Of a stretch of DNA of 64,000 bases, positions 1-9,646 are shown piece by piece (positions within the stretch are counted from its first letter, which is position 1; the number at the start of each line of letters is the position of its first letter). A model generated the notes under the pieces. It saw only the letters and a list, made by a program, of their open reading frames with translations. It was not told where the DNA came from and ran no database searches. The DNA comes from Paludibacteraceae bacterium (GTDB lineage: Bacteria > Bacteroidota > Bacteroidia > Bacteroidales > Paludibacteraceae): assembly GCA_016286205.1 (NCBI GenBank), contig JAEESF010000009.1, positions 15,314 to 79,313 on the forward strand, in the 5' to 3' direction. The translations under genes and the position numbers were made by a program.

Positions 1-1020
1 CTTGAGCAGGTTCTCTGCATCTTTTTTCTCAATCTCGTTCTGCGTAGCACACGGCATAGCGATGTCGCACGGAATACGCCAAGGACGTTCTCCTGGGAAA
101 TACTGTGCTTTCGGGAACTTAGCCACATACTCTTTGATACGTCCACGACGCACATTCTTCAGTTCGAATACATACGCCATTTTCTCTTCGTTCAATCCCT
201 CCGGATCATAGATAAATCCATCAGAATCGCTGAGAGTCAGCACTTTAGCGCCAAGACGCATGGCTTTTTGTGCAGCAAACTGAGCCACATTACCGGCACC
301 GGAGATGCAGACTTTCTTATCCTTGAAACTTTCGCCACGCGTAGCCAACATAGCTTCTGCGAAATAGCAAGCACCATAGCCCGTTGCTTCCGGACGCATG
401 AGACTACCGCCCCATTGCTGACCTTTACCAGTCAAAGTGCCCGTGAACTCATCACGCAGACGTTTGTACTGACCAAACATATATCCGATCTCACGACCGC
501 CCACACCGATATCTCCTGCAGGAACATCGGTATCTGCACCAATATGGCGCTGCAACTCAGTCATGAACGACTGGCAGAAACGCATCACCTCCGCATCACT
601 CTTGCCACGCGGAGAGAAATCGGATCCACCTTTAGCACCACCCATAGGCAGCGTAGTCAGCGCATTCTTAAATGTCTGCTCAAACGCCAGGAACTTCATG
701 ATAGAAAGGTTGACACTTGCGTGAAAACGAATACCACCCTTGTACGGGCCAATAGCGCTGTTCATCTGCACACGGAAACCACGGTTGATTTGCACTTCAC
801 CTTGATCGTCCATCCATGGTACACGGAACATGATAACACGCTCCGGTTCAACCATACGCTCGAGCACCTTCTGCTCGCGCATGTAGGGATAAGCCATCAC
901 TACAGGAGCCACGCTCTCGATGACTTCTTTCACTGCTTGGTGAAACTCGTTCTCACCGGGATTTTTCTTGATGAGGTCAGCCATAAAGCTGTCCACGTAA
1001 GCTTGAGTTTGTTTGTCCAT
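1..1020 (-). CDS. gdhA: NADP-specific glutamate dehydrogenase, N-terminal ~340 aa (C-terminus runs off the window start)
   Basis: My own reverse-strand translation from the ATG (complement of 1018-1020) reads MDKQTQAYVDSFMADLIKKNPGENEFHQAV...GPYKGGIRFH...LPMGGAKGGSDF...ISGAGNVAQFAA. These are GDH hallmark motifs plus a Rossmann GAGNVA. The gene is absent from the supplied ORF track because the frame is open at the window edge. Plus-strand ORFs 2..211 and 268..1050 are its antisense shadows. Confidence 0.9.
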   Translation of the reverse strand, partial: MDKQTQAYVDSFMADLIKKNPGENEFHQAVKEVIESVAPVVMAYPYMREQKVLERMVEPERVIMFRVPWMDDQGEVQINRGFRVQMNSAIGPYKGGIRFHASVNLSIMKFLAFEQTFKNALTTLPMGGAKGGSDFSPRGKSDAEVMRFCQSFMTELQRHIGADTDVPAGDIGVGGREIGYMFGQYKRLRDEFTGTLTGKGQQWGGSLMRPEATGYGACYFAEAMLATRGESFKDKKVCISGAGNVAQFAAQKAMRLGAKVLTLSDSDGFIYDPEGLNEEKMAYVFELKNVRRGRIKEYVAKFPKAQYFPGERPWRIPCDIAMPCATQNEIEKKDAENLLK

Positions 1021-1093
1021 AAGACCAATTACCTTTTAAACATTAACTAATACCTTTTTTGCCATTTCACACCTAGTCTGGCAATTAACGGCG

Positions 1094-1126
1094 CAAAGTT
1101 ACAAAAAAAAATCCATATGCGCAAGC
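1094..1126 (-). promoter_or_regulatory. Bacteroidota sigma-A type promoter for gdhA (-33 TTGCGC, -7 TAACTTTG)
   Basis: The reverse complement reads cTTGcgcatatggatttttttttgTAACTTTGcgc, about 75 nt upstream of the gdhA ATG. Confidence 0.6.
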
Positions 1127-1161
1127 GCGCGAACATTTTTTATTTTTTTTTCGATAAAATC

Positions 1162-1192
1162 TTGCGTATGTCAAAAAAAAGCTGTACCTTTG
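1162..1192 (+). promoter_or_regulatory. Promoter cassette for lysS (-33 TTGCGT, -7 TACCTTTG)
   Basis: The sequence is cTTGcgtatgtcaaaaaaaagctgTACCTTTGca, 63 nt upstream of the lysS ATG. It is a member of the recurrent cassette described in the findings. Confidence 0.7.
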
Positions 1193-1254
1193 CAGTCGCA
1201 AAGGTGTGGCCTTGAGCCCCACAAACCTATACGAAATAAAAACAACAAACAATA

Positions 1255-2781
1255 ATGGAACTTTCAGAACAAGAATTAGTAAGGCGGCAGAGCCTGCAAA
1301 GCATGCGCGATTTGGGCCTTGATCCATACCCCGCTGCCGAGTATGTAGTAACCGGTTATTCTACCGATATCAAAGCCAATTTTGACCAATTGGATGGCAA
1401 AGACATTCGCATTGCCGGGCGACTGATGTCGAAACGAATAATGGGTAAAGCATCGTTCATCGAGTTGCAGGACTCGAAAGGACGTATTCAGGTCTATGTT
1501 AGCCGAGACGACATTCAGGCTCCGCTTGCCGAAGGCGAGCAACCGACCTGCGTGGAGCAGCAAATGTACAATGTCGTTTTCAAAAAACTATTAGATATTG
1601 GCGATTTCATCGGCATTGAAGGCTTTGTTTTCCGCACACAAGCCGGTGAGATTAGCGTTCATGCTAAGAAACTAACGGTGTTAGCCAAAAGTCTGCGTCC
1701 TCTGCCAATCGTTAAATACAAAGATGGTGTGGCTTACGATGGATTCAATGATCCGGAGCAGCGTTATCGTCAACGTTATGTAGATTTGGTAGTAAACGAT
1801 GGTGTAAAAGATACTTTCTTGAAACGTGCCACCATTCTGCGTACGATGCGTCAGGTATTTGACGAGGCCGGTTATACCGAGGTCGAGACACCTATTCTGC
1901 AACAGATAGCAGGTGGTGCCAGTGCACGCCCATTCATCACGCATCACAACACGCTTGATGTAGATATGTACTTGCGTATCGCGACTGAGTTATATCTAAA
2001 ACGACTGATTGTAGGCGGTTTTGAGGGTGTATACGAGATTGGACGTAATTTCCGTAATGAGGGAATGGACCGTAGCCATAATCCGGAGTTCACATGCATG
2101 GAATTGTATGTACAATACAAGGACTACGAATGGATGATGAGTTTTACCGAGAAACTACTAGAACGCATTGCCATTGCCGTAAACGGTACCACCAAAGTGC
2201 AGATTGGCGATCATGAGGTAGATTTCAAGGCACCTTACCGCCGCTTGCCTATATTGGACGCTATCAAAGAGAAAACAGGCCTAGATCTAGCTAACATGAG
2301 CGAAGATGAGATTCGTGTAGAGGCTAAGAAGTTGGGCGTGGAAGATACGGAAACTATGGGACGTGGCAAACTGATTGACGAGATTTTCGGTGAGACATGC
2401 GAAGGTACGTTTATTCAACCGACGTTTATCACCGACTATCCGGTAGAGATGTCGCCGCTAACCAAGATGCACCGCAACAAACCCGGACTAACCGAACGAT
2501 TTGAGTTGATGGTTAACGGTAAGGAGCTGGCAAACGCATATAGCGAGCTAAATGACCCGATAGATCAGTACAACCGCTTTGTAGAGCAAATGAAACTTGC
2601 AGACAAGGGCGATGACGAAGCCATGGTCATAGACCATGATTTCATGCGTGCATTGGAATATGGCATGCCTCCAACATCGGGTATTGGTATCGGAATTGAC
2701 CGTCTGGCTATGTTCATGACCGGTCAACCGACCATACAAGAAGTATTGTTATTCCCAACAATGAAACCGGAAAATGTATAG
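1255..2781 (+). CDS. lysS: Lysine--tRNA ligase (class II)
   Basis: 508-aa ORF with class II motifs EIGRNFRNEGMDRSHNPEFTCMELY and GMPPTSGIGIGIDRLAMF, plus an N-terminal OB-fold region. Confidence 0.95.
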   Translation: MELSEQELVRRQSLQSMRDLGLDPYPAAEYVVTGYSTDIKANFDQLDGKDIRIAGRLMSKRIMGKASFIELQDSKGRIQVYVSRDDIQAPLAEGEQPTCVEQQMYNVVFKKLLDIGDFIGIEGFVFRTQAGEISVHAKKLTVLAKSLRPLPIVKYKDGVAYDGFNDPEQRYRQRYVDLVVNDGVKDTFLKRATILRTMRQVFDEAGYTEVETPILQQIAGGASARPFITHHNTLDVDMYLRIATELYLKRLIVGGFEGVYEIGRNFRNEGMDRSHNPEFTCMELYVQYKDYEWMMSFTEKLLERIAIAVNGTTKVQIGDHEVDFKAPYRRLPILDAIKEKTGLDLANMSEDEIRVEAKKLGVEDTETMGRGKLIDEIFGETCEGTFIQPTFITDYPVEMSPLTKMHRNKPGLTERFELMVNGKELANAYSELNDPIDQYNRFVEQMKLADKGDDEAMVIDHDFMRALEYGMPPTSGIGIGIDRLAMFMTGQPTIQEVLLFPTMKPENV

Positions 2782-3763
2782 AAGAATTGCTATTTTAGGT
2801 TCTGGTTCTTGGGCCACTGCCTTGGCTAAGATAGTCATGCAGAACCAACCGGAAATCAACTGGTTTATCCGTCGTCAGGAGGTGATAGACGAGTTTATTG
2901 CCTCAGGCAAAAACCCGACTTATCTTGGCGCCGCTAATTTTGATGTGAGTCGTATCCACTTCTCGTCAGACATCAACCAGACCATCACGCAGTCGGATGT
3001 ACTGATTTTGGCCATTCCATCTCCGTATGTCAAACAATCGCTGATGAAGATTCGGCGCAACATGACCAGCAAAGTAGTCATTTCTGCTGTCAAAGGTATG
3101 ATACCTGATGACAACGTCATCATCACCGACTATCTGCATCGTCGTTTCAATGTGCCAATGGACCAACTGGGTGTTATTGCGGGCCCGTGCCATGCAGAGG
3201 AGATTGCGCTAGAACGACTTAGCTACCTAACTATCGGTTGTGAGAACCGCACGAATGCGGAACTGATGGCACAATTATTCCGCACAGAATACGTACAGAC
3301 AACCACTTCTAGCGATGTAGTAGGACTGGAATACAGTTCTGTGATGAAGAATATTTACGCGATTGCTGCGGGAATGTGCCAGGCGCTGCACTATGGTGAC
3401 AATTTCCAGGCCGTGCTACTGAGCAATGCCATCCAAGAGCTGCAACGCTTTGCAACGGCTATGAGCAATGCGCCGCGTGATATTACGGCATCCGGTTATC
3501 TGGGCGATGTTCTGGTGACGGGTTATTCGCAATTTAGCCGCAATCGTCAGTTTGGCCAAATGCTAGGTATGGGATATTCGGTCAAGGCGGCTCAGATGGA
3601 AATGGAAATGGTAGCCGAAGGCTATTATGCCACAAAGGCCATCCATCTGGCCAACGAACGCATGCAAGTAGCATTGCCTATCGTAGACGCCATGTATGAG
3701 ATTCTCTACAACCGCCAGAAGGCTAAACCAATTATCAAATCGTTAACATCAAAACTACAATAA
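2774..3763 (+). CDS. gpsA: NAD(P)H-dependent glycerol-3-phosphate dehydrogenase
   Basis: 329 aa with N-terminal [12 protein letters not shown] dinucleotide fold and [10 protein letters not shown]. It overlaps the lysS stop by 8 nt. Confidence 0.9.
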   Translation: MYRRIAILGSGSWATALAKIVMQNQPEINWFIRRQEVIDEFIASGKNPTYLGAANFDVSRIHFSSDINQTITQSDVLILAIPSPYVKQSLMKIRRNMTSKVVISAVKGMIPDDNVIITDYLHRRFNVPMDQLGVIAGPCHAEEIALERLSYLTIGCENRTNAELMAQLFRTEYVQTTTSSDVVGLEYSSVMKNIYAIAAGMCQALHYGDNFQAVLLSNAIQELQRFATAMSNAPRDITASGYLGDVLVTGYSQFSRNRQFGQMLGMGYSVKAAQMEMEMVAEGYYATKAIHLANERMQVALPIVDAMYEILYNRQKAKPIIKSLTSKLQ

Positions 3764-3765
3764 GT

Positions 3766-5115
3766 ATGAAACTTTCACTTACTTCTGCCTTGGATTTTAT
3801 TTCCGAAGGCGCATTAGAACGACTGGAGTCACAAACCGAGGCTGCCAATTTGCTATTGGAGAATGGTCAAGGTGCGGGCAATGATTTCCTCGGTTGGGTT
3901 CACCTACCCTCGTCTATCACCCCCGCTTTTCTTGACGAAGTGCAGGAGGTGGCTGATGACTTGAAGAAACGCTGCGAAGTAGTTATCGTAGCAGGAATTG
4001 GTGGTTCCTACCTAGGTGCCAGGGCTGTCAATGAGGCATTGTCTTCGGCTTTTGATGCATACGTAGCTAACGGTCGCAAGAATCCTTATGTTGTCTATGC
4101 GGGCAATAATATCGGCGAGGATTATCTGGCAGAGCTAATGGCATTTGTGGCTAACAAACAGTTTGGTATCATCAATATTTCCAAGTCCGGAACAACGACC
4201 GAGACAGCTTTGGCTTTCCGATTGCTGAAGACTCAACTGGAGAAGCAAGTAGGCAAAGACGAGGCACGTCGTCGTATTGTAGCCGTGACCGATCGCGCCA
4301 AAGGAGCGCTGCGTTCGCTCGCTACGCAGGAAGGATATCGTACATTCGTTATTCCGGACAACGTAGGTGGTCGTTTCTCCGTTTTGACACCTGTCGGACT
4401 ACTAGCCATTGCCGTTGCAGGAGGAGATATTCGTGAACTCGTGCGTGGTGCGCAAGATATGGAAAAAGCAACAGATATCAGTGTTCCTTATGCTAAGAAC
4501 CCCGCTTGCCAATATGCGGCTATTCGAAATGCCCTATACCAGAATGGCAAGAAGATAGAGATTTTGGTCAACTACAATCCCAAACTGCACTATTTCAGCG
4601 AGTGGTGGAAACAGTTGTACGGCGAGAGCGAAGGCAAGGACCATAAGGCTATTTTCCCTGCCAGCGTTGATTTTACCACCGATCTTCACTCAATGGGCCA
4701 ATGGATTCAAGATGGCGAACGTACTATCTTCGAAACCGTTATATCGATTGAGAAAGCCAACAAAACCGTGCTTGTTCCGCAAGATGCAGAGAATCTGGAC
4801 GGTCTGAATTTCTTGGCAGGCAAGCGTGTTGACGAAGTCAATAAGATGGCAGAATTGGGAACACGTCTGGCTCACATAGATGGCGGAGTGCCAAATATCT
4901 TGATTCAATTCGAGAAACTAGACGAATATAACATTGGTCAATTCATCTATTTCTTCGAGCGTGCGTGCGGTATTTCCGGTTACGTATTAGGAGTCAATCC
5001 GTTCAACCAACCGGGTGTAGAAGCGTACAAGAAGAATATGTTCGCGCTGCTTGACAAACCTGGTTATGAGGCTGAAAGCAAGGCGATTAAGGAAAGGCTA
5101 AAGGCGAAAGGCTAA
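3766..5115 (+). CDS. pgi: Glucose-6-phosphate isomerase
   Basis: 449 aa with [23 protein letters not shown] and LYGESEGK motifs of the short bacterial PGI type. Confidence 0.93.
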   Translation: MKLSLTSALDFISEGALERLESQTEAANLLLENGQGAGNDFLGWVHLPSSITPAFLDEVQEVADDLKKRCEVVIVAGIGGSYLGARAVNEALSSAFDAYVANGRKNPYVVYAGNNIGEDYLAELMAFVANKQFGIINISKSGTTTETALAFRLLKTQLEKQVGKDEARRRIVAVTDRAKGALRSLATQEGYRTFVIPDNVGGRFSVLTPVGLLAIAVAGGDIRELVRGAQDMEKATDISVPYAKNPACQYAAIRNALYQNGKKIEILVNYNPKLHYFSEWWKQLYGESEGKDHKAIFPASVDFTTDLHSMGQWIQDGERTIFETVISIEKANKTVLVPQDAENLDGLNFLAGKRVDEVNKMAELGTRLAHIDGGVPNILIQFEKLDEYNIGQFIYFFERACGISGYVLGVNPFNQPGVEAYKKNMFALLDKPGYEAESKAIKERLKAKG

Positions 5116-5138
5116 GATACAAAAAATCGGCTCTCTGT

Positions 5139-6395
5139 TTAGAGGGTCGATTTTTCTATACGTAGTCCGACTAGTCGGTCGTAACGTGCGCCGAAAGGCC
5201 GCCAATAGACATAGACCGTATATTCGTTTTCGGTCTGCCAATAACTGCCATCCACTCGTTGGATGGTAGTTTGGTTTTGCGAGCCTTTGCCTACGAACCA
5301 GTACTGATAGTCATAGCCGCCTTGTTTAACAAGCGCCGTGAGCCAGTAACACCGGTTATCTGCATCGTATTGCATACGATTGCGCAGAGTCAGCTGATTG
5401 CCAAATACTTCTCCGCCAACGTATAATACTCCGTCCAGCCAAGGACGATCAACCGGTAATGTCCAATGCACCCAGACATACTCAGCCTCCGTGTCCGGAT
5501 CGTTGGTTCGCTCGGCATTGACGATGAAGCGACCATCGCTATCATACTGGTGAATATACGTGCCTTGTTGCACCTCATCGGCAAAGAGCAGAGCATGGTA
5601 ATCGCCATTCTGATAAACCATTCGGTCGATACCCGTGCCCGCATAGAAAACAGAGAAAGCATCCCAGTGGTGATACTCGTTGCCGCCTTCAAAAATCAGG
5701 GCTCGTTGGTTCTGGTAACGCAATCTGCCGGTCTCTACGTAAGTAGGGCGAGCAGGCCAAACCTCATTATCTGTGCGGTTGTTCTGACGAACCAGGACAC
5801 GAATCTCATTCGGATCATTCAGATTGAGCGCTGAAGTATTGACATCCACGTCTATTTGCTGATAACGGCCGTTGAACTCAATGTCAGTATTGGCGCGGAC
5901 TATTGGGCGGATAGCGGTCAGCGGTTCCACCACACACAGACGCACTTCTGCTACGCGATTATCCGGATTACCATCCTCATAAATCGTCAGCAGATAATTA
6001 CCGCTTTTGGTCAGCACCATGTCCGAATTAGGAAAAATGAAGCGATAATGCGTATATTCGCGGCTTGTATTGAGTGAATGCGCGTATTCAGTAATATCCT
6101 GAGTAGTAAACCCGACCAGATACTCATTGCTGGTCAGCCCACTCTCTCCGGACCAGTCTGCGGCCATATGACGAACGGTATAGGTGTACTGATGAACGTC
6201 GTGGCTCATCTCATCAAAACTGATTTCCATCGAGTTTTCCTGATCCGAACCATCAATGCGCCCATCCATCAATACCAGGTAATTGCGGTCGGCGCGCAAC
6301 GTACGAATCTGCTCATTCAGCGCACGCAGTTGCACTTGCGCATGCATACAGATTGCCAAGCACACAAAAAGAAATATGACTGACCATTTCTTCAT
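5139..6395 (-). CDS. Secreted DUF5103-like protein (probable type IX secretion system plug protein family)
   Basis: 418 aa with signal peptide MKKWSVIFLFVCLAICMHAQ. The pattern ISFDEMSHDVHQYTYTVRHMAADW...EYLVGF...YTHYRFIFPN...SGNYLLTIYE resembles my recollection of DUF5103 / T9SS_plug. The family call is from memory only. Confidence 0.55.
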   Translation of the reverse strand: MKKWSVIFLFVCLAICMHAQVQLRALNEQIRTLRADRNYLVLMDGRIDGSDQENSMEISFDEMSHDVHQYTYTVRHMAADWSGESGLTSNEYLVGFTTQDITEYAHSLNTSREYTHYRFIFPNSDMVLTKSGNYLLTIYEDGNPDNRVAEVRLCVVEPLTAIRPIVRANTDIEFNGRYQQIDVDVNTSALNLNDPNEIRVLVRQNNRTDNEVWPARPTYVETGRLRYQNQRALIFEGGNEYHHWDAFSVFYAGTGIDRMVYQNGDYHALLFADEVQQGTYIHQYDSDGRFIVNAERTNDPDTEAEYVWVHWTLPVDRPWLDGVLYVGGEVFGNQLTLRNRMQYDADNRCYWLTALVKQGGYDYQYWFVGKGSQNQTTIQRVDGSYWQTENEYTVYVYWRPFGARYDRLVGLRIEKSTL

Positions 6396-6404
6396 TTACG
6401 GCTG

Positions 6405-6440
6405 CAAAGGTACAAAAAATGTACCAAAGCACAAAATTTT
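6405..6440 (-). promoter_or_regulatory. Promoter for the DUF5103-like gene (-7 TACCTTTG)
   Basis: The reverse complement reads ...ttttgtgctttggtacattttttgTACCTTTGcagccgtaaATG. The -7 box ends about 10 nt before the ATG, so the leader is very short. Confidence 0.45.
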
Positions 6441-6450
6441 TTGCTAATTA

Positions 6451-6482
6451 TTTGCACATTTCAAAAAAAAGCAGTACTTTTG
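6451..6482 (+). promoter_or_regulatory. Promoter cassette for tRNA-Thr (-33 TTTGCA, -7 TACTTTTG)
   Basis: The sequence is TTTGcacatttcaaaaaaaagcagTACTTTTGca, about 30 nt upstream of the mature tRNA 5-prime end. Confidence 0.7.
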
Positions 6483-6513
6483 CACGCTTTTTTGGTGAGA
6501 GCCGAACGCGATT

Positions 6514-6586
<73 letters not shown>

Positions 6587-6589
6587 CAA

Positions 6590-6615
6590 AGAGAGAAGGT
6601 TCCGGCCTTCTCTCT
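6590..6615 (+). terminator. Hairpin directly after tRNA-Thr (agagagaagg...ccttctctct)
   Basis: 10-bp inverted repeat with no U-tract after it. It lies inside the 103-bp segment between the two copies of the tRNA 3-prime end. Confidence 0.4.
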
Positions 6616-6689
6616 TGCCATTCAAGGGCCTCGAATCCGGGGGTTCTTAGTTCGGTAAACCTCACACGATTATTGCACTAGGAGCAATT

Positions 6690-6710
6690 TTCGAGTCCGG
6701 GAAGTGGCTC
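6690..6710 (+). repeat. Exact 21-nt duplicate of the tRNA-Thr 3-prime end (ttcgagtccgggaagtggctc; original at 6567..6587)
   Basis: Exact direct repeat read in the sequence. The upstream flank has only degenerate similarity to the tRNA body, so this copy cannot fold as a tRNA. Confidence 0.85.
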
Positions 6711-6713
6711 TGA

Positions 6714-6739
6714 GGGAACAGATTGTTCCTTTTTTTTTG
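6714..6739 (+). terminator. Rho-independent terminator after the duplicated tRNA end
   Basis: gggaaca-gat-tgttcc followed by a T9 run. Confidence 0.75.
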
Positions 6740-6800
6740 TGTGTGTTTTTGTCAAAAAAAGGACCAAGCTTAGTGTATGTGACTACCAGGGCTACCTCGA

Positions 6801-6869
6801 TTATATCGCACTTATATCGCACTTATATCGCACTTATAACGCACTAATAACGCACTAATAACGCACTAA
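6801..6869. repeat. 11-bp tandem repeat, 6 units with drift (ttatatcgcac x3, ttataacgcac, taataacgcac x2)
   Basis: Read directly; the period is exactly 11 bp. Confidence 0.95.
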
Positions 6870-6892
6870 ATTTGGTGTGCTTTCATACACGT

Positions 6893-6917
6893 ATTATATA
6901 CAGAGTATATAATACTA
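6893..6917. repeat. AT-rich palindrome TATTATATAC-aga-GTATATAATA
   Basis: Perfect 10-bp arms. The same TATATAC-N3-GTATATA core occurs at about 27122-27142 and 60864-60884. Confidence 0.8.
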
Positions 6918-7001
6918 GAGAGATGAGTGAGTTAGCGGAATAAGACTACTAAAATGGCATACGCAGATAAGTGTACGTTTTTTCATAAAATCAAGTCAAA
7001 A

Positions 7002-7033
7002 TTTGCGTATGTCAGAAAAAAGCAGTAAATTTG
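7002..7033 (+). promoter_or_regulatory. Promoter cassette for queH (-33 TTTGCG, -7 TAAATTTG)
   Basis: The sequence is TTTGcgtatgtcagaaaaaagcagTAAATTTGcg. The ~55 bp upstream (gtacgttttttcataaaatcaagtcaaaatttgcgtat) is near-identical to 42717-42760. Confidence 0.7.
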
Positions 7034-7043
7034 CGCCGCAAAT

Positions 7044-7682
7044 TTGATGAACATGAAACAATCAGCCATCATAGTGCCAGAAGGATGCAAACAAGTACTC
7101 TTGCATGCATGTTGTGCGCCGTGCTCCAGTGCTATCGTGGAATGGTTGTTAGCGCATCAGATAGAACCCATCATCTATTATTATAATCCGAACATATACC
7201 CGCGCGAGGAATACGAGAAACGCAAAGCGGAGAGCAAAAGGCACGCGGAGAGCCTAGGAATAAAATGGATTGAAGGAAAGTCAAGAGCCGATAGTCAAGA
7301 GTGGAAAGCAGAGCACGAGGAATGGTTGCAAGCCGTAAAAGGCATGGAGAACGAACCAGAGCGAGGCAAACGATGCGAGGCATGCTTCCTTTACCGCCTG
7401 CAAAAGACTGCGCAGAAAGCGCAAGAACTGGGTATCCCCTTCTTCGCAACCACCCTAGCCTCTTCACGATGGAAAAACCTTGATCAGGTGAATGCTGCGG
7501 GAAAAAAAGTCGAGAGTCAAGAGTCAAGAGTCACAAGTAGGTTCTGGGCCCAGAACTGGAGAAAAGATGGATTACAAGAGCGAAGAAACCAGTTGCTCAA
7601 AGAATTTGGTTTTTACAACCAACTATATTGCGGATGTGAGTTTTCGGCACAATATTTGTTGCAAAAAGAGGAGGAAAAATGA
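7044..7682 (+). CDS. queH: Epoxyqueuosine reductase QueH (DUF208)
   Basis: 212 aa with HACCAPCS near the N-terminus and YCGCEFS near the C-terminus, the QueH Cys signature. Confidence 0.85.
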   Translation: MMNMKQSAIIVPEGCKQVLLHACCAPCSSAIVEWLLAHQIEPIIYYYNPNIYPREEYEKRKAESKRHAESLGIKWIEGKSRADSQEWKAEHEEWLQAVKGMENEPERGKRCEACFLYRLQKTAQKAQELGIPFFATTLASSRWKNLDQVNAAGKKVESQESRVTSRFWAQNWRKDGLQERRNQLLKEFGFYNQLYCGCEFSAQYLLQKEEEK

Positions 7683-9211
7683 GTATGATTATGAAGACAT
7701 TATGGAAGATGATTCCCGCATTGATGCTAGTAGCATTCATCGGGACCGGTTGCAACAACGAAGAGGAGACCACCAATGGTACTAATAACACCACCAACCT
7801 AGGTGATGACGAAGATTTGGTAGAAAACCAGACATGGAACTCGACGATTGAAATCATCTGGAACGGCACAGACGTGACTGTTGTCGGCAACGCAGATGGA
7901 GTCAGTATCAACACGAACAATGGTTATGTGACGATTCGCTCGACAGCCAAACACATTGTTTACAATGTGAGCGGTTCAGGAACCGGTCAACTGAGCATAT
8001 ATAGCGACTATAAATACCAGTTGGCACTGCAAGGACTGACTTTGACTTGCCCGGATGGACCAGCCATCAATTGTCAGAGCAACAAGCGCTGCTATCTGGT
8101 CATCGCAGGAACGAACACATTGACCGATGGCACCAATTATGCCGCCACGACGGAAGACCGTAAGGCCACTATCTTTTGTGAAGATAAACTCTGCATTTCC
8201 GGAACAGGAAGTCTCAACGTAACAGGCAACTACAAGCATGCCATTGCCAGTGACGATTATATCCGTCTCTGTCCGAACACAACGGCTACGCTCACACTCA
8301 CCACGAATGCTAGCGATGGTTTGCACGCTAACGATGGCATCATTATTAACGATGGTAAAATCACGATTACGGCCAAGCAAGAAGGCATACAATGCGACAC
8401 AAGCAGCATTGTCATTAGCGGCGGGAACCTGAGTGTGACCAGTCTGGAAGACAAAGGTATACTTGCCTACGGGAACATAGAAATCACTGGTGGTACGATA
8501 TACGTGACCAGTCCCGCTAAATGCATCAAAACGAAAAGTAACCTCGTAGTGAATGATGGTACGATCAAGGCGATTTGTACCGGCGAAGCGCAAAATAGCG
8601 GAGGTCCCGGTGGAGGCGGTCGGCCCGGAGATCATCAAGATACGACGGGAAACAAGCCAGAGGGCATTGAGGCCAAAGGTACAATCACAATCAACGGAGG
8701 ACAGATATACTCACAATCAGCGGACGATGCCATCAATGCAGGTAGTACGTTCACTATCAACGGAGGACTGGTTTGCGCTTATTCTACCGGAAACGATGGA
8801 ATGGATGCCAATGGCAACTGCATCATCAACGGAGGTGTAGTGTATGCTATCGGTAGTCGTGATCCGGAAGTGGGCATCGACGCTAACACCGAAGACCGAT
8901 TCTATCTGACCGTGAATGGCGGTACAATCGTTGCTATCGGAGGACTGGAACGCAATTCGAAACTGAATCAAACATGCTACTACACCTCTTCGTGGAGCAA
9001 AAGTACATGGTATGCGCTAACTGTAGGCGACAACGTGTTTGCCTTCCAAACGCCAAGTAGCGGAGGAACTAAGATGGTGGTTAGTGGCGACTCTAAACCC
9101 ACTCTACAGAAAAGTGTAAGCGCAAGCGGAACACAAATATTCAATGGCATGGGTTATTATCCCGCCTCATGTACAGGGGGAACAAGTGTTAGTCTGCAAC
9201 AAGGATCGTAA
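7679..9211 (+). CDS. Lipoprotein, predicted right-handed beta-helix (carbohydrate-binding, Cthe_2159-like family)
   Basis: 510 aa with lipobox LVAFIGTGC and an Asn/Thr-rich linker. Periodic G-x-I-x-I/V-x-G-G turns (ITGGTIYV, VNDGTIKA, INGGQIYS, INGGLVCA, INGGVVYA, VNGGTIVA). The family name is from memory. Confidence 0.6.
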   Translation: MSMIMKTLWKMIPALMLVAFIGTGCNNEEETTNGTNNTTNLGDDEDLVENQTWNSTIEIIWNGTDVTVVGNADGVSINTNNGYVTIRSTAKHIVYNVSGSGTGQLSIYSDYKYQLALQGLTLTCPDGPAINCQSNKRCYLVIAGTNTLTDGTNYAATTEDRKATIFCEDKLCISGTGSLNVTGNYKHAIASDDYIRLCPNTTATLTLTTNASDGLHANDGIIINDGKITITAKQEGIQCDTSSIVISGGNLSVTSLEDKGILAYGNIEITGGTIYVTSPAKCIKTKSNLVVNDGTIKAICTGEAQNSGGPGGGGRPGDHQDTTGNKPEGIEAKGTITINGGQIYSQSADDAINAGSTFTINGGLVCAYSTGNDGMDANGNCIINGGVVYAIGSRDPEVGIDANTEDRFYLTVNGGTIVAIGGLERNSKLNQTCYYTSSWSKSTWYALTVGDNVFAFQTPSSGGTKMVVSGDSKPTLQKSVSASGTQIFNGMGYYPASCTGGTSVSLQQGS

Positions 9212-9217
9212 GAAATT

Positions 9218-9646
9218 ATGAAGAAGACATTATATTTATTAGCATGCTTGCTAGTAGCAAGCACATCGATGGCGCAGAGTCTGCTGACGCCAGAACAACT
9301 CGCTAAACGCGAGAAACGTAAGAATCTGACAGTCAAAGAGTGGAACACCGATGACCGGACCAAAACTCGTTGGCTGGATCGCATCAAAGTATATGATGCA
9401 CAAGGACGATGCATCGAGGAGATTGAGTATGCCACGTATGGCCAGAAATGGCGTGTCACTAGCACTTATGACGACAAAACAGGCAAGGTGCAGGAAGAAG
9501 TGGAATACAACGATCGCAACAAACCCGTGCGCATTCGCAAATACGAGTGGAACAAAGATGGCACAAAAGCCAAACAGTACAACTATTTGCCTAATGGCAA
9601 ACTATATAGCGTAAAGGTCTTTGAATATATCTTCTCTGATAAGTAA
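9218..9646 (+). CDS. Small secreted protein with YD/MORN-like beta-hairpin repeats
   Basis: 142 aa with signal peptide MKKTLYLLACLLVASTSMAQ. Repeated x-Y-x-Y/W-D/N-x-x-G-K motifs (KVYDAQGRCIEEIEY, STYDDKTGKVQEEVEY, RKYEWNKDGTKAKQYNY). Confidence 0.55.
   Translation: MKKTLYLLACLLVASTSMAQSLLTPEQLAKREKRKNLTVKEWNTDDRTKTRWLDRIKVYDAQGRCIEEIEYATYGQKWRVTSTYDDKTGKVQEEVEYNDRNKPVRIRKYEWNKDGTKAKQYNYLPNGKLYSVKVFEYIFSDK

Noticed and set aside
268-1050. 260-aa plus-strand ORF (and 2..211) at the window start
   Set aside because: The translation is low-complexity nonsense. The opposite strand encodes an unmistakable glutamate dehydrogenase, so these are antisense shadow ORFs.
6619-6710. A second functional tRNA downstream of tRNA-Thr
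   Set aside because: Only the last 21 nt match. The T-stem 5-prime half, the D arm and the anticodon arm cannot be formed (gccattc versus aagtggc gives a mismatched acceptor stem). It is a fragment or scar.
6801-6869. Tandem repeats here and at 21.9, 27.1, 35.5, 56.7 and 60.8 kb as possible CRISPR arrays
   Set aside because: The units are 7-11 bp and directly abutting, with no spacers and no cas genes in the window. They are not CRISPR.
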